This document shows, piece after piece, positions 8,628 to 18,747 of a stretch of 64,000 nucleotides of DNA; position 1 is the stretch's first letter, and each line of letters opens with the position of its first letter. Both the position numbers and the translations under genes were made by a program. The stretch lies in the NCBI GenBank assembly GCA_964389675.1, contig CAYMEV010000020.1, forward strand, positions 1 to 64,000, given 5' to 3'. The DNA is from an uncultured Candidatus Sumerlaeota bacterium. GTDB taxonomy: Bacteria > CAYMEV01. The notes under the pieces are model-generated. The model was not told the DNA's origin, did not search any database, and was given only the letters and a program-made list of their open reading frames with translations.

Positions 8628-10316
8628 ATGTTTATTGATAATAACAATGATTTATTTGTTCCGGATTTCATAAAAAAGATAATTCACAGCATTAATATAG
8701 GTATTTCTCATCAATTTCTGCTATATGGGAATATAAATGATTTTTTTCGCATAGGTAAGGAATATATGCCCTTGAAGGAGGTCCTGAAGCTTATCTTTGC
8801 AAACAGGGAATTTGTATGTTTCTATAATCTTGCTTTGGGCATCTATTTTGATGATATGGAAAAAAGAAAGCTTTTTTTTGAAAAAATAGTAACAAGGGCA
8901 TCAAAATATTATGATGGCATACCGAGAGACCCGGATATTTCTCTTTTATACCTGGAGAAAGCTCTGAAACATGGCGAAGATATTCACAGAAAGACAGCGG
9001 TGATCATCGATTATCTTGAAAGCCTTGCTCCCTCGCAGTCAGTTACCGGCAGGAGCAAAATTGATGCAATTGCCATCTCAAGGTGGGCTAATGATCTGGA
9101 TATAGCAAAAAAGAAAAATACAGTCATTCTTATTACAAAGGATAAGGCAAATATAAGCGATGATCTTATCATAAGCAGTGTAGGTATGGATGTGATAGAG
9201 ATAAAAATGCCTGAACAGACAGATAGATTAGATTATTTGAATTATTTGAGCAAAAAACTGAAGATGGACTTAAAAGAAGATGAAATAAACAATATCAGTC
9301 TTGCTTCAGGAGGCTTATGCCTTCACCATCTTGAAAATATCATGCTTCAGGCAAAGGCTTACGGCAAGACCGTCGATCATGATCTTGTACTGGAACAGAA
9401 AATAAGGATAATCAATCAGGAATATTCTGATATAGTAGAGGTTGTAAATCCGAAATTCGGACTTGAATATGTCGGCGGGTTTGATTATATAAAGAACTAT
9501 CTGAAAAAGGTAGCGGAGAATATATCCCTGGGAAACTCGAAAACGGTTCCAATGGGTATAATAATAATGGGTCCTCCGGGGACTGGAAAGACTTTTTTGA
9601 TTGAATGCTTTGCAAAGGAATGCGGATTGCTGGTAGTAACAGCCAAAAATCTCAGGGATAAATATGTAGGGGAATCAGAGAAGAAACAGGAAAGATTTCA
9701 TTCATTGCTCAAGGCAATGGCACCGGTAATAGTCATTATTGATGAAAGTGAACAGCAGGAAGGATCAAGGACGGACAGTGAATCATCACAGCTTGACAAC
9801 AGGATAAGGGCAAAGAATTTCCATTTCTGGGGTGATGGGTCCAACCGAGGTAAGATAGTAAGGATTGATATCACAAACTGGCCGAATAAGATAGACCCTG
9901 CAATGAGGAGGTCCGGAAGGTCTGATGCAAAAATCCCTATATTATTCCCGTCAAAAGATGATATTTTTAAGATTATAAGGTCTATTACAAAAAAGCATAA
10001 ATTTATTGTTGAAGATATGGATCAGCGGTATTGGGAGGACAGGCTTTCAGGCTATACACCTGCAAATATAGAGCAGGTTCTGCTGATCTCACACGAATTT
10101 GCAGTCTCAGAAGGTTCGAAGGTCATTAGGAAAGAACACCTTGAAAAGGCATATAATGATTTCAGGCTTCCCAGGTATAACCAGGAAGAGATAGAAAGAA
10201 TGACCATTGCAGCATTGGAAGAAGCATCCAGGCGCTCCCTCATGCCGAAGGATGCTGAGAAGATACTTTCAGAATTAAGAAAAAAATATCCTGCTAGACC
10301 GTTTATGACTTCCTAA
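8628..10316 (+). CDS. AAA+ ATPase with a degenerate N-terminal AAA-like domain (Ycf46-like layout)
   Basis: Walker A GPPGTGKT, pore loop KYVGESE, Walker B IIDESE, SRH DPAMRRSGRSD. Confidence 0.88.
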   Translation: MFIDNNNDLFVPDFIKKIIHSINIGISHQFLLYGNINDFFRIGKEYMPLKEVLKLIFANREFVCFYNLALGIYFDDMEKRKLFFEKIVTRASKYYDGIPRDPDISLLYLEKALKHGEDIHRKTAVIIDYLESLAPSQSVTGRSKIDAIAISRWANDLDIAKKKNTVILITKDKANISDDLIISSVGMDVIEIKMPEQTDRLDYLNYLSKKLKMDLKEDEINNISLASGGLCLHHLENIMLQAKAYGKTVDHDLVLEQKIRIINQEYSDIVEVVNPKFGLEYVGGFDYIKNYLKKVAENISLGNSKTVPMGIIIMGPPGTGKTFLIECFAKECGLLVVTAKNLRDKYVGESEKKQERFHSLLKAMAPVIVIIDESEQQEGSRTDSESSQLDNRIRAKNFHFWGDGSNRGKIVRIDITNWPNKIDPAMRRSGRSDAKIPILFPSKDDIFKIIRSITKKHKFIVEDMDQRYWEDRLSGYTPANIEQVLLISHEFAVSEGSKVIRKEHLEKAYNDFRLPRYNQEEIERMTIAALEEASRRSLMPKDAEKILSELRKKYPARPFMTS

Positions 10317-10394
10317 AAGTCATAGACCAGACCGTTTATGACTTCCTAAAAGTCATAGACCAGACCGTTTATGACTTCTTAAAAGGCATAAACT
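10296..10394. repeat. Tandem 33-bp hairpin repeat: two exact copies and one degenerate copy (AGACCGTTTATGACTTCCTAAAAGTCATAGACC)
   Basis: Units at 10296-10328, 10329-10361 and a degenerate one from 10362; internal inverted repeat TATGACTT-cctaa-AAGTCATA; no spacers. Confidence 0.95.
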
Positions 10395-11046
10395 TTGCGA
10401 GCAATTTTGCAAGCAGGCCCAGATTCCTTGTCTGTATCCATATTTTTCCAGGGCCGGTATATTCACATACAAGGCCTTCCCCTGAAGCAATGCTTGACAG
10501 GATTCCCTTTGATGCCTTTTTTAATGAATAATTGACAGTTTCTTCAAATGCAACTATATGGCCGGTATCGACTATATAATTTTCATTTGATGCAAGTTTT
10601 TTCTCCATGATTGCACCATAGGATTCCAGGAAAAGCTTGCCGGTGCCTCGGACAGTCTGTAAAAAAAGGCCCTCACCGCTTATTAAAGCCTTCATTGAGC
10701 CTTTTGTCGAGATTTCAAAGCCAGGATCACCAGCAAGGTATGCACCTGCCTGGGCATATATGAGTGAGTTATTAAGCTCGATCATCAGTATATCTCCAGG
10801 GGTTGCAGGCGCCAGGATAACCTCTCCGGGACCATCTGAAGCAGTCAGCAGCGATGCAAAAAATGACTCTCCTCCGACTGCTGCCTTTAATGCACCCATA
10901 ATACCCTTGCCTGTTGTTTTTGCCTCCAGGCTGACAGTCTTGGACATGGAAATCATTGCTCCAGCCTCAGCACGGAATTGTTCTCCCTTTTGCATTATGA
11001 GCCTGAGGGTAGAGAATACAGGTTCATGCTCAATAATAAACTCCAT
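10369..11046 (-). CDS. TIGR00266 / AIM24 family protein
   Basis: AEAGAMISM, GGESFF, SGEGLF, VDTGHIVAF and GPGKIWIQTR motifs; AGGAGG SD. Confidence 0.92.
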   Translation of the reverse strand: MEFIIEHEPVFSTLRLIMQKGEQFRAEAGAMISMSKTVSLEAKTTGKGIMGALKAAVGGESFFASLLTASDGPGEVILAPATPGDILMIELNNSLIYAQAGAYLAGDPGFEISTKGSMKALISGEGLFLQTVRGTGKLFLESYGAIMEKKLASNENYIVDTGHIVAFEETVNYSLKKASKGILSSIASGEGLVCEYTGPGKIWIQTRNLGLLAKLLAKFMPFKKS

Positions 11047-11349
11047 TATATGCTGCCTCCTATTTATTATTTACAATAACATATTACTAAGTTTGTTCAA
11101 ATTATGCAATTATAAATTATATATTTTTTTTTTGACCTGAAATTTATAAAAAAAATGTAATAGAATTAATTATGACAGATGAGTACTCTGTCCTGATCTC
11201 AAGCCTGTTTAATGCTTTTTTTTGTTTACAAATACAGAAAAATATTGCATATCTGAAACAATATTACAGGATTATCCTTATTAATGTTTAATAAGAAAAA
11301 AATAAAAAAATCTAAATCAAATAAATAAAACAAAAAAAGGAGAGTACAT

Positions 11350-12369
11350 ATGTTACGAAGGATTATATTGGTGATTTTATGCATCACCATGGTTTCAAGT
11401 ATTTTGCTTGCCGAACGTCCTATCTGGCCTCAAGCCAAAATCTTCGTAGGGGAGATGTATTTAAGGATTCTTGGGAGGCCTGGTACAAAAGAGTCTGTTA
11501 AGAACTATTCTGTGGCCCTAATAAAATGCAATATACAAAGAGAGGATATTATAAAGACCTTTTTCACCTCTGCAGAATACATAAACAAGGACAAATCACA
11601 TGCTGAGTTCATGTATGATGTATACTACAGCATACTAAGAAGGAACCCTGCACCCGGCGAACCCTTCGGATACATAAGGGCACTCCGGAATGGAAACCTT
11701 ACAAGGAGCCAGGTAATAGATTTATTCCTGAACAGCGAAGAGTATCTGTTGCAGATTGAACAATATGAAGATGACTGCATGATAGCTGAAAATGTAGCTT
11801 TTTATTATGTATTTCCAGATGGAGGGTATACTATCCAGGAATATTGTGACAGAATAGTCATTGACCTGCCTGAGCTCAATAAGTTTGAACTTATCCTCAA
11901 GGTTAAGGGCCTGGCTCATAATGATCCATGGCCTTTTAAGGGTCAGATCTATTTTCTGGCCGATGCAGCATCCTTTGGAGAAGATTGGGATAACAGCGCA
12001 TTGATAAGAAAGTATGGGCTGTACCCTGGTCTCGAATGGATGGCTAACCTTATGAAATGGTCATACACCCTTTCTGACCACTATGAGTGGGAAGAATTCC
12101 TTGATCCCGATGATTATGACCTGCCGGCATGGAACCCAAATACAATATATGAATTTAAGATTGTAGTAAATGGTGATTATAACTATGGTGTTCAGCTGTG
12201 GCTGAACGGACAGCTGCTCAGGGCAAGCGCTCAGACAGTTCCGTGGACACCGGTTGACCAGGAAATCTATTGCGGAAGCCCCTCCTGTGAATGGGATGAG
12301 GGAGCAGGATACGGTTCTATTCCTGGAGCAACATACATATCAATCAAGATGATTGACCTGGAAGATTAA
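11350..12369 (+). CDS. Secreted protein with DUF4214-like repeats and a C-terminal beta-rich domain
   Basis: Signal peptide; two Y..IL.R.P ... F..S.EY repeats (FFTSAEY, FLNSEEY); AGGAG SD. Confidence 0.7.
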   Translation: MLRRIILVILCITMVSSILLAERPIWPQAKIFVGEMYLRILGRPGTKESVKNYSVALIKCNIQREDIIKTFFTSAEYINKDKSHAEFMYDVYYSILRRNPAPGEPFGYIRALRNGNLTRSQVIDLFLNSEEYLLQIEQYEDDCMIAENVAFYYVFPDGGYTIQEYCDRIVIDLPELNKFELILKVKGLAHNDPWPFKGQIYFLADAASFGEDWDNSALIRKYGLYPGLEWMANLMKWSYTLSDHYEWEEFLDPDDYDLPAWNPNTIYEFKIVVNGDYNYGVQLWLNGQLLRASAQTVPWTPVDQEIYCGSPSCEWDEGAGYGSIPGATYISIKMIDLED

Positions 12370-12386
12370 AAAGAACCTTTTAATAG

Positions 12387-12421
12387 AAAACCCCTTAGCA
12401 TTGGGCTAAGGGGTTTTTTTT
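12387..12421 (+). terminator. Intrinsic terminator, possibly bidirectional
   Basis: AAAACCCCTTAGC-attgg-GCTAAGGGGTTTT stem followed by a T-run, just downstream of the 12369 stop. Confidence 0.9.
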
Positions 12422-12478
12422 ATAAAAAATTGGACATCCGAAAATAACTGTAATATCATCATTAGATCATTTTTTCAC

Positions 12479-14512
12479 TTGATGAGGATAATAATGGTTT
12501 GTGATGCCATAAACATTCCTGGTACCGGAATATTCATCATCATCAGAGAACTTGCAGCAATTGTTATTACATATACCCTCTTTGGTCTTCCGGCATTATT
12601 GTTTATAATAAAAAAGAAAACAGAACCGATAATCAGCATTATCCTGGTTTTTGTATCGATTTTTGTCTCTAAAATATCTTATATCCTATGGCTGAATTTC
12701 ATCTCAAAAAATGTGTTTATATGGATTATCTTCCATCTGTTTTTTTCAATATTGCTGTATTTGATCCAAAGCAGATATATAAGTACAGCTGTCTGTGAAA
12801 ATACTGACAGGCTGAAAAAAGCAGATTTAATTGCATTATTAACTATTATTTCGATTACTGCCCTTTTTACTGTTATACCTCAATCCAGGATTGCAGCCCC
12901 GAAAGAAAACACTTATATAGTAAGGGCATATTTTGTCCCTGATTATTTAAAACATGTTGCTCTTTCAGCTGAGATCTCAAAGGGAGACATGCCACCGGAC
13001 AATCCTTTTGTGACCGGGAATAAACTTCATTATTACTGGATTTATTATTTATTCCCTGCTTTTGGATATAACCTGTTATCAAGGCATGGTTCTCTGCTGA
13101 GATTAAATATATTTTCCAATCTGCTGGCAAATATATTCCTTATTTTTAGCATTTATGCTTTCTCAAAAAAGTATATGAAGAGCATCACAAAAAAATCTGT
13201 TCTGATATTTGCCTTTATATTTGCCTCATCATATGAAGGAATTTTGTACCTTTTAGAAAGCCTCAAAAGCAAAGCAGATATCCTTTCAAATTTTATAAAT
13301 TATAATATTGACGGTCTTACAAGATGGAGATACGGACAGCCCCAGATTGATACGATTTACCGGTCTTTTCTCTATACTCCGCAGCAGCAGATAGGTTTTG
13401 CAGGTCTTCTGATATTTATCTTCCTTTTAACAGAAAAAGGCAGAAAAACAGCATCAAACTCAAACATTATCATAATTCCAGTTATAACAGGAATTGTATT
13501 AGGCTACAATTTCTTCTGCGGCTTATATATGGCTTTGTGGTTTTTTGTTATTTATCCCATATTCCTTTGTATAAAGGAAAGGAATATTTTAGAAATTATA
13601 AAGAGACAGGCCCTTTCTTTTATTGTTTTTATCATATTCCCTGTTTTTTATAAAATCCTGGATATGCTTCTGGAGAGCAGGAATCCATTATTGATCGGTT
13701 TTAATATCTACAGGCCTTTTAACATGATAATGATATTTTTAATAAATTTCAGCTGGTTATGGATACCTGTTGTATTCTTTTGCTGTTTTCCAATAATAAA
13801 ATCCATAAAGAAAAAAAGGGCTGATATTGACATTGACATGATTAAGTTTATATCGATGATTCTGCTGGCAGTATCTTTGATCTTTTTCATCCAGATCAGG
13901 GGATTTGAAGCGGATATGGGTCTTAAAATAGGCCAGGTCCTTAATATTATTCTGTTTGCAGGCTTTCTGTATCTATGCAGTATGTTGAAAAGAAGAATCT
14001 TGTTTTTATGCTTTATCTTATTATTTATACCAGGTTTAATGACCTCAATAATTGATTTTGCCAACAGCTGCGATATTAAGAATGCTCCAGGTATGTTCCT
14101 GACATTTTTCAGGGCAGAAGATATATGTGCTATGAGGCATATAAAGGAAAATATAAATAAGGATGCAGTTATACAGGCCCTTCCTGAAAGAGATGATAAA
14201 AGGGCATCAATTATCCCTGTCTTTGGTGAAAGAAGAACTGCCCTTGCTGATGAGATGCATTCAAAAATATATATGCTGGATGAGATGGATATTTATGAAA
14301 AAAGAAAAGAAAAGATTTATGAAATGTTTTATGCCGATGAAATGGAAGATGTATATCATATTGCTGAGGAATATGGAATTGATTATCTGTTTGTTGGAAC
14401 CAAAGAAAGAGATATTCCAGAAATTGTTGAGAACCTGGACCGGTTTCCCAAGGCATATGAGGGTTATGGTACAACCCTTTATGATGTTAAAAGGGTAAAT
14501 TCAAAGAAATAA
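12479..14512 (+). CDS. Polytopic membrane protein, GT-C glycosyltransferase-like
   Basis: More than 12 hydrophobic segments; loop D..KH....EI.....PP.NPF..G..L.YYW; C-terminal soluble domain (YGIDYLFVG..E). Confidence 0.6.
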   Translation: MMRIIMVCDAINIPGTGIFIIIRELAAIVITYTLFGLPALLFIIKKKTEPIISIILVFVSIFVSKISYILWLNFISKNVFIWIIFHLFFSILLYLIQSRYISTAVCENTDRLKKADLIALLTIISITALFTVIPQSRIAAPKENTYIVRAYFVPDYLKHVALSAEISKGDMPPDNPFVTGNKLHYYWIYYLFPAFGYNLLSRHGSLLRLNIFSNLLANIFLIFSIYAFSKKYMKSITKKSVLIFAFIFASSYEGILYLLESLKSKADILSNFINYNIDGLTRWRYGQPQIDTIYRSFLYTPQQQIGFAGLLIFIFLLTEKGRKTASNSNIIIIPVITGIVLGYNFFCGLYMALWFFVIYPIFLCIKERNILEIIKRQALSFIVFIIFPVFYKILDMLLESRNPLLIGFNIYRPFNMIMIFLINFSWLWIPVVFFCCFPIIKSIKKKRADIDIDMIKFISMILLAVSLIFFIQIRGFEADMGLKIGQVLNIILFAGFLYLCSMLKRRILFLCFILLFIPGLMTSIIDFANSCDIKNAPGMFLTFFRAEDICAMRHIKENINKDAVIQALPERDDKRASIIPVFGERRTALADEMHSKIYMLDEMDIYEKRKEKIYEMFYADEMEDVYHIAEEYGIDYLFVGTKERDIPEIVENLDRFPKAYEGYGTTLYDVKRVNSKK

Positions 14513-14528
14513 ATTTTTTTGCTTAGCT

Positions 14529-16454
14529 TTATTTGAAAGCAGTATTATCCACCAGATTTTTATGCAGTTCCAGAAACCGGAAGCCATAATTTTTTGAAGG
14601 AATGATTGCATTGCCTTCTGTGCATTCGTTCCATGTTGCAATAAATATTATTTCCGGGTTTTTTGCAACAGCCAGCCTATAGCTTTGAATATACAGACTG
14701 TTTGTGACACCTGGCTGTGTCCAGTCAGGGTGGACATACCTGTCATCATATCCGCAGAAAATGACCGGGAAGAACTTTATATCCATCCTTGTGTGTTTTG
14801 AAAGCTGAAAGAATTTATCGTATATTTTTAATAGAGACTGGAATATATCATATGTGTCATATTTGGGGCCATAGTAGAGTTTTTCTGCATCGTGGGCTGT
14901 ATAGAATGTAAAACTGTCGGTATAGGGCAGCATATTATAGAATGCCCTTTCTGAAGCTGCGCCTATGTCAGCTGCGATACCTATATTGAGGCCAAGCGCG
15001 GAAAAAATATTTGACATGACCTGATGATACTGGTTTTCCATGTCCCAGGTTGAACCAACCGCATAAAGGTATACAAGAGGTATGCCGTTTCTTTTGTAAT
15101 AAGAGGGGTAATCAAAATGGGCCGGTATAAATTCAGTCTCGCTTTTCAAAAGGTTCATTTCGATAATATTAGGGCTGACCGGTCTATTTAATGCTATGGT
15201 ACTATTAAATACATCTCTCAGGAATCTGTGATATATCGTTATGCCATCCAGAAAAAAGATTATTTTAAAATCCTTTTCTGCGGCAGCATCAAGAAGTATC
15301 CTGTATCTTTCCGGGGCATTTCTGTCTGATACCCCGAAATATTCAACGCAGAATCCATCTATCCCATATCTTTTAGCTATATCTATTTCCCAGTTAACCT
15401 GCTCTTTTGAAAAGTGATAATCATCCCAAAGCGGATTGATGGTAAATTTTGACCTTTCTTCAGGGATATACCATGGATAGTAGAATGCAAAGAAAAGAGG
15501 TCTCTTTCGTTCTTCTTTGAATTTCTCATCAATGATCAGTTTCGGGTTGATGAGTGTAATTTCATCTGTATTGCCGGAAAGCTTTACAGGATCTATATGC
15601 AGCCGATAAGCCCCGGGAATATCAGATGTCTTTTTATCAAATATCGTGATACTATGACTTCCCTTTGTGTGAGGCAGTTTAATACTGCAGGTAGAGTCAC
15701 TTTCGCTGCCCAGGGGGTAAAGGCTGAGCCTGATGTCATACTCGTAATTTTGTTTTAGAGAATATGAAATTTCAGTATTATCATGAAGGTAGACTGTGTA
15801 CCTTACAGACTGCTTGTTTCCTATTGTCAGCCTGTTCTTATCCTTGATATTAAATAATGATTTAGCCGTATATATTTTTATATCCCTCAGCATTATGCTG
15901 AGTGTGCGAATATCTTCAGGGTTGGCTGATTTCTCAGCATACAATGCATTGATCTTAAGCTTGTTTTTCCCATTTCTGAGAGAACCTTTTGTTTCAAAAG
16001 CAACAGAGTGAAGATGGCTGTGAATTTTCCTTCTTCCAAGGAATTTTCCATTAAGATATACGCTTATTATCTGAGATAATTTCTCATTTTTAATGGATAA
16101 GAGGTCAAAAATGATATATCCCTCCTCGGCCAGCTTATTTTCAAAACTGAGCTCTGATTCCTTAGCTGTCATCCATCTGCCTATGCCACTGTCAAAATCA
16201 TGATGCCACCCTTTGCCAAAAGAGAGGGTTTTGTCTTCTTTGTAAAGCGATTTGATCTCTTCACAGGGCAGGCTGGAACCGGGGAAAATATCATAAAACC
16301 TTGAGAGGTCCAGAATAGTCTTATTATTATCTTCAATTTTTACAGGTTCTTCATTACTGCCTAAATACAGATTAAAAAGCATATACAGACCACAAACCAG
16401 AATGGTCAAGCCTGATAATAATATAAGAATACCTGTAAGAAATCTTTTTTTCAT
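14529..16454 (-). CDS. Membrane-anchored GH99/GH71-like glycoside hydrolase
   Basis: N-terminal TM anchor; FAFYYPWY, AKRYGIDGF, GYDD and IATWNECTEG (WNE..EG) motifs. Confidence 0.75.
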   Translation of the reverse strand: MKKRFLTGILILLSGLTILVCGLYMLFNLYLGSNEEPVKIEDNNKTILDLSRFYDIFPGSSLPCEEIKSLYKEDKTLSFGKGWHHDFDSGIGRWMTAKESELSFENKLAEEGYIIFDLLSIKNEKLSQIISVYLNGKFLGRRKIHSHLHSVAFETKGSLRNGKNKLKINALYAEKSANPEDIRTLSIMLRDIKIYTAKSLFNIKDKNRLTIGNKQSVRYTVYLHDNTEISYSLKQNYEYDIRLSLYPLGSESDSTCSIKLPHTKGSHSITIFDKKTSDIPGAYRLHIDPVKLSGNTDEITLINPKLIIDEKFKEERKRPLFFAFYYPWYIPEERSKFTINPLWDDYHFSKEQVNWEIDIAKRYGIDGFCVEYFGVSDRNAPERYRILLDAAAEKDFKIIFFLDGITIYHRFLRDVFNSTIALNRPVSPNIIEMNLLKSETEFIPAHFDYPSYYKRNGIPLVYLYAVGSTWDMENQYHQVMSNIFSALGLNIGIAADIGAASERAFYNMLPYTDSFTFYTAHDAEKLYYGPKYDTYDIFQSLLKIYDKFFQLSKHTRMDIKFFPVIFCGYDDRYVHPDWTQPGVTNSLYIQSYRLAVAKNPEIIFIATWNECTEGNAIIPSKNYGFRFLELHKNLVDNTAFK

Positions 16455-16461
16455 ATACTGC

Positions 16462-18747
16462 CTATAATAAACTGCTGATTACAGCCTGTCCATAAGATAT
16501 TCCTTCATCTCCGGGTGAGACCATATTATTGAAATATGGATCAAAACTGCTGTTGCTCAGCAGTTTATCAGATAATTCCCTTAAATACCTGTTCTGGAAT
16601 ACACCTCCGGAAAGCATTACAGTCCTGATGCCTGTTTTCTCTCTAAGCAGCCGGCACACTGACAGGATTATATCAGCTATGGTATTGTGGAATTTCAGGG
16701 AAATAGTGCTAATTTTTGCTTTAGATTCTGTATCGTAAATCACGGCTTTTATTACAGGTTTTGTATCAATAATATAGACATCATTTACAAGATTTATATC
16801 ATAAGGATATATGCCTTTTTCCGAATAAGCCGCATAAGTGGAGCTTAAAGATGCTTCCAGCTCTATGGCAGCCTGGCCTTCATAGCTGTTTATTAGTCTT
16901 AAGCCTGAAATTGCCGAGACTGTGTCGAAAAGCCTGCCCAGGCTAGAGGACTGGAATGTATTGATATCCTTTGCCAGTCCATCGGTTATAAGCCTTATTG
17001 TTTCGTGGTCAATAGTCTTCAGTACAGGGATATCAATGTCAGAAAAATCCTTCCCGTAAACCTGGTATAAATAAGAAATAGCAGTCCTGAAAGGCTGTTT
17101 TGGCACAGTTCTGCCTCCCTGCAGTTTTGTATAGTTTAAATGCCCGGCCCTTATGTATCTCAAAGGATTTCCAAGGAAAAATTCCCCGCCCCATATATTG
17201 CCGTCATCTCCATAACCTGACCCGTCAAAGGCAACACCTATTGTATCGCTAAAATATTGTTTTTCACCGGCAACTGATGCTATGTGTGCGTGATGATGCT
17301 GTATTTCAATCCTGTCATAAGCTTCTTTCCGTGCCCACTTTGTATTTTCATATAAAGGATGCTTATCGCAGGAGATCCTCTCAGGCCTGATCCTATATAT
17401 TCCTTTCAGTTTTTTCATGGTTTCAAGCATATAAAGAAAGGTATCGACATCTTTTAAATCGCCGATATAGGGAGATATATGGCAGGTATCATCTGCTGTG
17501 AGTGCAATTGTATTCTTCATTTCCGCGCCCAGACAAAGGGTCTGCCTGTTTGATGAGGGAAGTTTCATTGAAAAAGGCGCATAACCCCTGCTTCTTCTGT
17601 AAAATATTAATCCATTCCTGCATCTGCCTACAACACTGTCATCTATCCTGTTTACAATCTCCCTGTTATGGCTGATAATATCATAGATATTGCTGTCATT
17701 GAGTTTCTTGAATTCCTTTTCATCCTTTATAAGTGGTTTTGATGATATATTGGCCGATGTCATAACGAGGGCTTTGAAATGGGGTTTATCAGGGCCATTA
17801 TAGTGAAAAAGAAGATAGTGCAAGGGGGTGTAGGGGAGAAGAATTCCATATGTATTGATATTCGGCGAAATATATTCCGATAATGGAGAATCCGGCTTTT
17901 TCTGCAGTATTACAGCCGGGGAAGCATTTGAAAGCAATATTTCCTTACTCCCTTTATCAAGATATGCAAATTTTTCAGCATATTTAATATCAGGAACCAT
18001 TACAGCAAAGGGCTTTTCACCCCTTGCCTTTGATTCTCTAAGCCTTTTTACCGGTTCATCTGAGCATGCATCACAAGCAAGGTGGAATCCGCCTATGCCT
18101 TTGACTGCAATAATTTTGCCGCTTTTCAGCAGGCTGATGGCATATGAGATTATATCCTTCTGTTTTCTGTCTGTTGGGGAATACAGTACTGGACCGCAGT
18201 CATAGCAGCTTACAGGCTGGGCATGGAACCTCCTGTTATCATGAGAGTTGTATTCAGCTTTGCATTTGCTGCACATTTCAAAAAATGCCATTGAAGTATT
18301 GGGCCTGTCGTAGGGAAGGCTGTTTATAATGGAGTACCTTGGCCCGCAATCTGTACAGTTTATGAAAGGGTACTCGTGCCTTCTGTTATTGATGTCAGTC
18401 ATTTCGTCAATGCACTTTTCACAAATGGAAATATCAGGGCATATCTCAGGAGCCTGATTGCCGGTTATTATGCTGGTCTTTATACTGAATGATTTTTCAT
18501 CTGGAACTGTGTCCATGCTTCTTGTTTCCATGGATTTTATCCTGCTTACAGGCGGTGCTTGAGCTTTAACCTGCATGAGGAAAGCTTCAATATTATCATA
18601 TAAGCCCTGAACTTCAATTTCGACACCCTGCAGGTCATTATTTATACTGCCTGTCAGGGAGCATTCATTTGCAAGCCTGTAGATGAATGGCCTGAAGCCT
18701 ACTCCCTGCACAATACCTTTGATTATGACCCTGACCCTTTTGATCAT
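16462..18747 (-). CDS. hypF: Carbamoyltransferase HypF
   Basis: GIVQGVGFRPF acylphosphatase domain, two Zn fingers (CEKC..CTDCGPR; CSKC..CYDCGP), KGIGGFHL, QHHHAH, DGSGYG.DG..WGGE. Confidence 0.97.
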   Translation of the reverse strand: MIKRVRVIIKGIVQGVGFRPFIYRLANECSLTGSINNDLQGVEIEVQGLYDNIEAFLMQVKAQAPPVSRIKSMETRSMDTVPDEKSFSIKTSIITGNQAPEICPDISICEKCIDEMTDINNRRHEYPFINCTDCGPRYSIINSLPYDRPNTSMAFFEMCSKCKAEYNSHDNRRFHAQPVSCYDCGPVLYSPTDRKQKDIISYAISLLKSGKIIAVKGIGGFHLACDACSDEPVKRLRESKARGEKPFAVMVPDIKYAEKFAYLDKGSKEILLSNASPAVILQKKPDSPLSEYISPNINTYGILLPYTPLHYLLFHYNGPDKPHFKALVMTSANISSKPLIKDEKEFKKLNDSNIYDIISHNREIVNRIDDSVVGRCRNGLIFYRRSRGYAPFSMKLPSSNRQTLCLGAEMKNTIALTADDTCHISPYIGDLKDVDTFLYMLETMKKLKGIYRIRPERISCDKHPLYENTKWARKEAYDRIEIQHHHAHIASVAGEKQYFSDTIGVAFDGSGYGDDGNIWGGEFFLGNPLRYIRAGHLNYTKLQGGRTVPKQPFRTAISYLYQVYGKDFSDIDIPVLKTIDHETIRLITDGLAKDINTFQSSSLGRLFDTVSAISGLRLINSYEGQAAIELEASLSSTYAAYSEKGIYPYDINLVNDVYIIDTKPVIKAVIYDTESKAKISTISLKFHNTIADIILSVCRLLREKTGIRTVMLSGGVFQNRYLRELSDKLLSNSSFDPYFNNMVSPGDEGISYGQAVISSLL

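Noticed and set aside
10296..10394. CRISPR array
   Set aside because: The palindromic 33-bp units are directly adjacent with no unique spacers, and there are no cas genes in the window
11047..11349. ncRNA or riboswitch in the AT-rich intergenic region (GACAGA/TCTGTC hairpin)
   Set aside because: Only a 6-bp stem and no recognisable riboswitch or tRNA consensus; consistent with divergent promoters
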